Shown: one piece after another, positions 7,814 through 15,200 of the stretch
Layout: every line of letters begins with the position of its first letter
Position numbering within the stretch: the first letter of the stretch is position 1
DNA from: an uncultured Cytophagia bacterium
Lineage (GTDB): Bacteria > Zhuqueibacterota > Zhuqueibacteria > Zhuqueibacterales > Zhuqueibacteraceae
Length of the DNA: 20,432 bases
Assembly: GCA_964457925.1 (NCBI GenBank)
Contig: CAYWGH010000024.1
Span: 61,192 to 81,623, forward strand
Direction of reading: 5' to 3'
Program-made: the position numbers and the translations under genes
Notes under the pieces: generated by a model
The model's input: only the letters and a program-made list of their open reading frames with translations
Database searches by the model: none
What the model was told of the DNA's origin: nothing

Positions 7814-8968
7814 TTAGGGTGTTACATTTATGACGTGAGTCACGGCACGGCTCAACGCGCCGTTCTTGTCTTGCGCTTGAAAATCAAACCGATATGTGCC
7901 GGTTTGATTTTGTGAGGTGATTTGAATGCGCAGCGAATAGCGTTTGTCGTTCGCGCGCAAATCGCCTTCCAGGCCATCATCACGCATGGCGAACGGATTG
8001 CCGCTCGCCGGTGTGCCATCCGGCCGGAACGAGTTGAAAAAAACGCGCGACACTGCGTCGGCGCAAGCCGAATCCGGGTCATTCGCGCTGATTGCCAACA
8101 AATAGATGTTCGGCGTGGCACTGCGACTGATGGTCGTGGGGGCGGATAAGTCAAATACTGTCGGCGGCCGGTTGTTCTGGCAGGCGATTAAATCGGTTTT
8201 GACGGTGCGCACGATCGCAGGGCCAACGCCGCCGGCGCGATCGACGGCACGCAAAATCATGGTCAACAAGCTGCGGGTATTTTTAAATGGCGAGGGTTCC
8301 AGGCGCAACCCGAAAACACCGTCTTGCGCGGCGCCGTCGCCGCTTTGGCCGTCATCGCGCAGGGTTTGAATTAAAGAGGGCGTGGGTGAAACGGCTGAAT
8401 AAATTTCCAGACGAACAAAATCAAGCGAGGCAATGCCGTCCGCATCATCGACAGTCGCGAGAAATTGGGCGCTATAATTCGAATCGGACCAAATCACCTC
8501 GGGCACGGTCAGTGCCGTGATCACCGGCAAAGCATTTTCATTGCCGGGCAAGATGGTGAGTGTATCCAACCGCGCCGGGCTGACATTGTCATCACGATCA
8601 GCGGCAATCGTTTCAAGAATAAGCTGACCGGTTTGATTTTTGGTTACGGTCGAGTCCAGGGGATAAAAAAACTGGCCATCTTTTGAAAGAATGTCGCCGT
8701 TGAGGCCGTCATCACTCATGGCAAGAGTCGCGAGCGTCGCGTTATTGCGGCGCACGGTAAGCGTAACGCCCGCCATGTTCTCTACGCCCTGCGGATCCTC
8801 GACGCGAACATGAATGCCGGCGGGATTGCGCGGAAATTGATACACACTTTCCGGAAGTTGCACCGCAACGATGCGGGGTGACGGATCCAGGATTGGTTGC
8901 GAGGGATTATCCTGGCACGCAATAAAACCCAACATCAGCAGGCTTACGATCAAAAGATAAGTTTTCAC
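7814..8968 (-). CDS. Lipoprotein with three tandem ~110-aa Ig-like modules, each carrying a DDG-x2-GD-x4-(D/N)-(G/K)-x-(F/Y) motif
   Basis: GTG start at 8968 with AGGA 8-9 nt upstream. Signal plus lipobox MKTYLLIVSLLMLGFIAC. The three repeated motifs are MSDDGLNGDILSKDGQFF, LRDDGQSGDGAAQDGVFG and MRDDGLEGDLRANDKRYS. Each sits in a similar beta-rich context (..V.V.D..G......V.L.. upstream and ..A.D..G..S downstream). Confidence 0.7.
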   Translation of the reverse strand: MKTYLLIVSLLMLGFIACQDNPSQPILDPSPRIVAVQLPESVYQFPRNPAGIHVRVEDPQGVENMAGVTLTVRRNNATLATLAMSDDGLNGDILSKDGQFFYPLDSTVTKNQTGQLILETIAADRDDNVSPARLDTLTILPGNENALPVITALTVPEVIWSDSNYSAQFLATVDDADGIASLDFVRLEIYSAVSPTPSLIQTLRDDGQSGDGAAQDGVFGLRLEPSPFKNTRSLLTMILRAVDRAGGVGPAIVRTVKTDLIACQNNRPPTVFDLSAPTTISRSATPNIYLLAISANDPDSACADAVSRVFFNSFRPDGTPASGNPFAMRDDGLEGDLRANDKRYSLRIQITSQNQTGTYRFDFQAQDKNGALSRAVTHVINVTP

Positions 8969-9024
8969 GATTCAAATTTCCTGTATGCAAGCGATTGCTT
9001 CAAAATAGGCGCGACAAAAGGCTT

Positions 9025-9993
9025 CTAAAACATAAACGCCCAGCCGAACACATGATCACTGGCAAGATCATCAGAATGCATGGCAAAGGCATAATGCAAC
9101 TCCGATTTTGTGCCGAGCAGGCCAAAGCAGTATCCGGCGCCGAAGGTGGGCTGGCCGTCGTTCACTCCGGCGCGCACATTGCCAAATTCCTGCAGGCGCG
9201 CAACCGCGCCCACATGCAACGTCGCATCGCGGAATTGGCGTTTTTCAACATCCGCCGCAAGCGTGAGCCACGGCGTGAACCGCGACACGGCAATGCCGGC
9301 GCGCATGCCGCGCGGGAATTTCTGTACGATGCTCGTGCCCCGTTCATAAACGCCTTCGGTTTTCCAGGTGTATTTCAGATTCACATTGGTCAACGCCGCG
9401 CCGAGTTGAATTCCGGAAACCGGTTGCAGCAATGCGCCCAAATCGAAGCCAAAAGAAGACGCCGAGATCGCGCCACCGTCATTTTTTACACCGGGGAGAC
9501 GATTGAAAACCACGCGACTGGTCAAGCCGATTCCAACTTTGGGATGCGGCTGCAGCGCGAACGACAAACTGAAGGCATTTTCAGAATTCGACAACGGCTC
9601 GAGCTTCCCGCCGTCAAAATCGCGCGCGTCAATATTATCAACGCCGGCGTGAATCCAGGCCAGGCTGATGCCGCCATTCATGGCTTGCCCGCCCTTTGCA
9701 TCCGTTTCCGGCTGAATCGGCACGCCCAAACTGAGAAAGGCAAACGTACGATCGAGCGTCATGGCGCGATACGATGCAGTAAACTCGCGGTGCTGAAACC
9801 ACGCCGCGCTCGCGGGATTGTAATAAGCGGATTCGTTGCCTTCAATCACCGCAACATAGGCGCGGCCCATGGCCTCCGAGCGCGCGGCAATTCCGCTGCG
9901 CAGAAACGCGCCGCTGTAACCGCCTTGACCAAAAGCGATCAGCGGAACGGCCGCAACGCCGATCATAAACAATGACTTCATTCGTTTTTTCAT
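9025..9993 (-). CDS. PorV/PorQ-family (FadL-like) outer-membrane beta-barrel protein, paralog 2
   Basis: Signal peptide MKKRMKSLFMIGVAAVPLIAFGQ, followed by GAFLRSGIAARSEAMGRAYVAVIEGNESAYYNPASAAW; this is the same block as in 5272..6195 but more diverged. The C-terminus ends in aromatics (VFGWAFMF), as in outer-membrane barrels. I prefer ATG 9993 to the TTG at 10008 used by the track. Confidence 0.65.
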   Translation of the reverse strand: MKKRMKSLFMIGVAAVPLIAFGQGGYSGAFLRSGIAARSEAMGRAYVAVIEGNESAYYNPASAAWFQHREFTASYRAMTLDRTFAFLSLGVPIQPETDAKGGQAMNGGISLAWIHAGVDNIDARDFDGGKLEPLSNSENAFSLSFALQPHPKVGIGLTSRVVFNRLPGVKNDGGAISASSFGFDLGALLQPVSGIQLGAALTNVNLKYTWKTEGVYERGTSIVQKFPRGMRAGIAVSRFTPWLTLAADVEKRQFRDATLHVGAVARLQEFGNVRAGVNDGQPTFGAGYCFGLLGTKSELHYAFAMHSDDLASDHVFGWAFMF

Positions 9994-10300
9994 AATTGTC
10001 TCATACAAGTATTACAATTTAATCGCAAAATTTCGCACGCGGTGCGGGCACAGCGCATCGCATTGCCGCAGCATTGCAGATTAAGGCGTTTGAAAGGACT
10101 AAGGCCGGTTGGAGGATGGCCCTGACCGCAACATTCCCAGAACGGTTTCTCATGACAAGCCGGCGCGCCGCGTTTTTGCCTGGCGAACTTGCTTGACAGC
10201 CGGCTTCAAATCCGTAACAAACTCTCGCGGTCTGGCTCCTGAGTAGGGTGGGTTTAATTATGATTTTGGACGAAGAACGGCTTTTGCGAACTGTTCGTTG

Positions 10301-11038
10301 TCACTCTTCAATATCCAGGTCTGTCATAGGAGAATAGCGGCCTTCGGGTTTGGGTTTGGCGGGCAGCGGCTGCAATGCCGGGCCTTCCAAGTGACTGATG
10401 AGGGCCGGCAGGCGCCGCCGCAATTCCGCGAAATCTGCGACGATGGCATCAGCGTGACGCAGGTAATGCGGCGCAAGTGTCGTGGTCATTGCAATGACAC
10501 TCATGCCCGCTGATTTTGCCGCGCTGATCCCGAGCGGCGCATTTTCAATGACCAAACATTCGCTCGGCGCAAGATTCAATTTTTGCGCGGCGCGAATAAA
10601 CGGCTCGGGATCGGGCTTGCCATTGTCGACATCATCGGCGCCGACAATGCAATCAAAATAGCGCAACACCTCCGGGCCGAGCACTGCATCGATTTGCGCG
10701 CGTAACGAGCCGGTGACAATGCCCATGCGATAACGATTCTGTTGAAGATATTCCAAAACGTCAACAACGCCTTCGTGAAGGGTGACGTTGTTGTTGGCGA
10801 GATAGGCCGCGCCCTTTTCTTCCGCGATTTGCTGGACGAATTCCGAGGAGGCCGCTTTGCGATGGCGATGAAACAACTCGGCCGCCACTTCCATGGTGGT
10901 CGCCCCTTCTTTTAAATAAATCTCCATCGGCTCGATTTCAACGCCATGCCGAGCCATGACCTGCTGCCAGGCTTCCACATGATAAGGCATGCTGTTCACC
11001 AACACACCATCGTGATCGAATAAAACGGCGTGAATCAA
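10301..11038 (-). CDS. HAD-superfamily hydrolase, subfamily IA (beta-phosphoglucomutase/phosphatase-like)
   Basis: HAD motif I VLFDHDGVLVNS, motif II GIVTGS, motif III/IV GKPDPEPF ... IENAPLGISAAKSAGM. TTG start at 11038 with AAGGAG (11049-11044) 5 nt upstream. There is a ~30-aa Pro/Lys-rich C-terminal tail (LQPLPAKPKPEGRYSPMTDLDIEE). Confidence 0.85.
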   Translation of the reverse strand: MIHAVLFDHDGVLVNSMPYHVEAWQQVMARHGVEIEPMEIYLKEGATTMEVAAELFHRHRKAASSEFVQQIAEEKGAAYLANNNVTLHEGVVDVLEYLQQNRYRMGIVTGSLRAQIDAVLGPEVLRYFDCIVGADDVDNGKPDPEPFIRAAQKLNLAPSECLVIENAPLGISAAKSAGMSVIAMTTTLAPHYLRHADAIVADFAELRRRLPALISHLEGPALQPLPAKPKPEGRYSPMTDLDIEE

Positions 11039-11246
11039 GGCATCTCCTTCCTGTTGTTGGAAACGTAACCACGCCTCTTGTCGTTTTACTGCGACAGTTC
11101 ATTGATCGTGCATGAATGAGGTGATCGCACAACAGCGCAAGCTGTCGAGAAGCAGGCTGCCGCCTTATTCTACGTCAACCACTCAGATACGTTCCTGCGG
11201 AAAATAGAAAATTTCTAGTAAAAGTCAATTCAGAATTCACGTGGCT

Positions 11247-12227
11247 TCAAATTGCAGCTTCGATCATCCCGCAGACATGGCCGCGGTGATTTTGCAGAAC
11301 TTCCTGCCGAAAATGCGACAGCCGGTTAAGCTCATCCTCGGTCAGAATCTGTAACTTTTCCAGGAGTGCGACCACTACTGCTGCAAGCGCGCGGCTGCTG
11401 CCATCAGCAATCTTTATCGCAATGCCGAGCGGCTGCGGCGCGTTGATTGCCAGGCACTCGATGCCTTCGGCTCCGGTTTTCGCCAGCACTTTACCGCGTG
11501 TGGCGCGCATCAAGATCGTGTCAAAACGGCCCTCACCGGCAATCAAATCAGGATTTTTCACAAAGGTCGAGAAGATGCGCTGCGAAATTTCATCAGGCGC
11601 GGCGACCAGGCCGGCGTACATGTGCGCCATGCTGATTATCGGTAGGGCAAAATTCGGCGCGCTGCAACCGTCAATCCCGAGCGGAACAGCATCTTCCAGC
11701 AACCCGGCGCAGCGTGCAACGGTGCGCCAGAGACGCTGTTGGTAAGGATGGCCGAACTCCAGATAATTGTCGAACGACAGCCCGCGGTTGATGCACGCCG
11801 CAATCATGCCGGCGTGCTTGCCGGAACAATTGTTATGCAAAACTGTCGGTTTGCGCCCGGAGGCCGCAAGCTGTTCCGCCACGGCGATTCCAAGCGGTGT
11901 GTGCACGCCGCATTGCAAATCCGCCGGCTCGCGCCCGATTTTTTGCAGGATGTTCGCCACCGCCCGCACATGCTTCTCTTCCCCGCTGTGACTCGACATC
12001 ACCACCGCCATTTCCGCTTCGCTGAGATCAAAAATTTCCGGCACGGAATCTTCATAAAGCGGAATCGCCTGAAACGGTTTGGCGGCCGAGCGAATGTAGG
12101 TGATGAACTGGGCATCGCCATACGATAAAACAAGATTACTGTCTCCGTCAACGACGGCGATGTGGCCATAGTGTTGGCTCTCGATAAGGTTTCCACGCGT
12201 AATGTTTGCAAGCAGGGCAGCGGACAT
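11247..12227 (-). CDS. L-asparaginase, Asparaginase_II family (class 3, Rhizobium etli-type)
   Basis: N-terminus ITRGNLIESQHYGHIAVVDGDSNLV. The SxxK motif IRSAAKPFQAIP, plus HNNCSGKHAGM and GIDGCSAPNF, match the Ser-Lys catalytic pair and the Cys-Lys-Cys metal site described for the R. etli enzyme. Confidence 0.75.
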   Translation of the reverse strand: MSAALLANITRGNLIESQHYGHIAVVDGDSNLVLSYGDAQFITYIRSAAKPFQAIPLYEDSVPEIFDLSEAEMAVVMSSHSGEEKHVRAVANILQKIGREPADLQCGVHTPLGIAVAEQLAASGRKPTVLHNNCSGKHAGMIAACINRGLSFDNYLEFGHPYQQRLWRTVARCAGLLEDAVPLGIDGCSAPNFALPIISMAHMYAGLVAAPDEISQRIFSTFVKNPDLIAGEGRFDTILMRATRGKVLAKTGAEGIECLAINAPQPLGIAIKIADGSSRALAAVVVALLEKLQILTEDELNRLSHFRQEVLQNHRGHVCGMIEAAI

Positions 12228-12297
12228 AGAGTCTGGGCCGGATCACTTTAACGTTGGTTCTTTGATGTACTCAATGATCATAAGACAGCACACAACC

Positions 12298-15200
12298 TCA
12301 CTCAACAATCTTGACTCTCGCTTCAGCGCTATTCCCCTGATACTCAGGATAATACATCAAACTCGCGAGCGCGGGCATGACATGATACTCTCCGGGAATT
12401 TGCGCGCGATAGAGATATGTGAACTCATGTACGCCCGCAGATATTCGCGTGGCGAAAAAGACGACTTTCTCGTCACGGATTTCTTTGTTGGCGTACATAT
12501 GCCGATCGCGATAATTCGAGCGTCTATAATAAGCATTTTCCCCCTGAATTGCGTAGCCGGATTCATCTTTAATTACTTCGACGCCGGCCGGCAGCGGATC
12601 TTCCAGCATGAAATATTCAAAATCAGCGGTTGAGGTGACGGTGAGTTTCACCAACACTTCCTCGCCGGATTGCAGCGTGCCGGTGAAAGGATTTTTGGCA
12701 TACTGTAAACCGCTGCCGCCGGGTGTGTGCGTGAGTTTGTAATACTCGCGTTTCACGCCGAAGCCCGTGGAACTGGCGCGTAAATTTTCGCCGGCGTTGT
12801 AATATGTCATACGAAACGTGCTGTAGAACTTGCCATTGCCGTCCTTTGTAATACGAATGTGATTTTGTCCCGGATTCAAACTGCTGCCATTGAGCCGCAC
12901 AGCATATTCCTGCGCCAGGGCATCGGCTTTTGTCATTTGCTTGTCAAGCACGAGTTTGTCATTGAGATAAATTTTAACATTGTAATCCGGTTCGAGTTCT
13001 TTGCTTTTTTCGAGATAATCGACCAGCGTGAAGATGATCATCGCCGTGTCTTTTGTCGATCGCCAGGCGCTGCCGCGCTTCTGTGTAAGCAGGAAGCGAA
13101 TACCTTCGTTGATGCGCGGGCTGGCCGATTTCACCTGCACCAATGATTTCACCGCAAATGCCGTGGTTTCGACATGATCGTCCTGCCAATTGTAATGCCA
13201 CGTTTTACCGCCCCACGAACACAAGGTTCCGGCAGCGATGCAGTTGTTTTCGAGTTGCGTCGCCAGCGCATTGGCAATTTCACCCTTGTTCTGGCTATGT
13301 GACACCAACGCAAGCAGCGCACGGGTGTAATCATTGATGTTGGCCTTCTGCAATTCGGCGAAGCGAGCGTCAAATTTATAATCAACCTGCACCCCGGCTT
13401 TAATCGCGGTTTGCAGCGCATAAAGCATGTAGGCTTGCGTTGTGGCATCAATCCACTCATAATTGCCGCCGTCACCGCGGCTGCCGAGCCCGGCAATTTC
13501 TTGTTCTACCAATTTTGCCTGCTCGAGCTGACGGCTCAAGGAATTCGCCCCGCGTCGCAATCGCTCATCATCAATTTGATGTCCCGCCTGCTTCGTTAGC
13601 GACAAACCGTAAACAACGTAGGCCGTCATGTAGGGATGCGTGTCGTCCTCTTTCCACCAACCCCAGCCGCCGTCGTTGTGTTGATAGCCATAAAGCGCCT
13701 TGAGACCCTTGTCCATCATCTTGGGCAGTTCATTCATCAACTGCATTTTGAGATTGAGATTCAACGTCTTCGCGGTATAAGCCACAATCGCGGTCGGCAA
13801 AAACCGGCTCATGGTTTGTTCGACGCAACCGTAAGGGTAACCTGCGAGATCCTCGAGCGCGGACAACATCGAAGCAGCCAACGAGGGTGAAACGGAAACC
13901 TGCAACTCCGCCGTCGCCGGATTTGCGGTAGCCGGCAACGTGATGGTATGATCGCGCACGGCGCTTTGCTGCTCAATATCAACCGCCAATGCTTCCGAAG
14001 TTTTCAGGCCATGCGGCAGAATTGGAACTGGCAATTGCATCGCATCTGAGACTTCATTGGTCAGAGCCTTCGCTGTCAATGAGGCCGTTCCGGTTTTGTC
14101 CGTGCGCACGATCCAATCCACGCGTTTTTCGCCGTTCTCCGGCACACGAATCAGCTTTTCCACCGCCGGCGTAATGCTTACGCCTTCACCCAGCAAGCTC
14201 ACATTCACTTGTTTTGCCTGAGCCAGATAATTGTGCACAACGGTTGAGACCGTCGCTTCATCTCCGGCCGTGAAAAAGCGCGGCGGCTCCATGCGCACGA
14301 TCAAATCCATGCGCACGAGGTTTTTGAAAATCTTCTCGCCGACTTCGGTGTTCGCCGAAATCGCCCGCACGGTTGTGCGCCAGGTGGTAAGATTGTCCGG
14401 AAATTTTACTTTGAGCTTGGCAATGCCGTTGCTGTTCGTGCGCACATGGGCCTGCCAAAACATGGTATCGCGAAAATCCTTGCGCACACGCGCTTCCTTG
14501 AATTTATCGGCTTTCACATCCGCAAAGCCGCTGCGCGAGAATCCCTCGGCTTTGCGCGCCGCCATTGCGCTGCCCAAGCCGCGCGCATACCCATAGAACC
14601 TGAAATAAACCGAAGCATGCGTGATCACCCGATTGTAGCGTTTGCTGTAAAACACCCGCTTGATCTCGCGCGTCATATCCGGGGCCAGCGCATAAATGCT
14701 TTCATCCACCATGCCGACTGAAAGCTCGGCGGCCACCCCCTCACCCTTCTTGTTCGTGACTTTGATGGTTAGTTCACCCTCTTCTTGCGGCTGAAAAATA
14801 TCCTCATTGAGATTGATATCGATGCTGAGAAATTTTTCCTCGGGAATGACGATGACATTCTTGCTCTCATTATAAAATGCTTCGTTCGCCAACAGCGCTA
14901 CGCCGACACTGAAGTTGGGTTGATAGTTCTCGTCGATCTTGAAATCGATCACTTGCGAGGCGCCCTCGATATGCACGATCTTATGCTCCAGAATCGTCGA
15001 GGCCTCGGCCGTGACCAATGCCCAGACATTCTTCACCGGCGAGATTACCAGCACATGCGCCGTTTCACCCGCGCGATAATTGGGCTTATCCGGTATGATT
15101 TCGATACCCTTCGCATCATAGCCAGAATAACCGCCGCGCTCACTCACCCAGCAATATTCTTTTGTTGAAATATTATTGCCGCGGCTGTCGATCGCATTGG

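Noticed and set aside
8995-9975. 326-aa plus-strand ORF that almost exactly mirrors the 9025..10008 minus-strand gene
   Set aside because: The length is striking, but the translation is Arg/Ala/His-rich with no signal peptide or motif. The minus-strand frame has a signal peptide, the PorV-family N-terminal block and a barrel-like aromatic C-terminus. I treat it as an antisense shadow ORF.
11131-11165. Possible degenerate copy of the terminal repeat (caagctgtcgagaagcaggctgcc versus the reverse complement of gctgccttcgacaagctgcc)
   Set aside because: Only about 7 contiguous matching nt (ctgtcga) plus scattered identities. This is too weak to call by eye.
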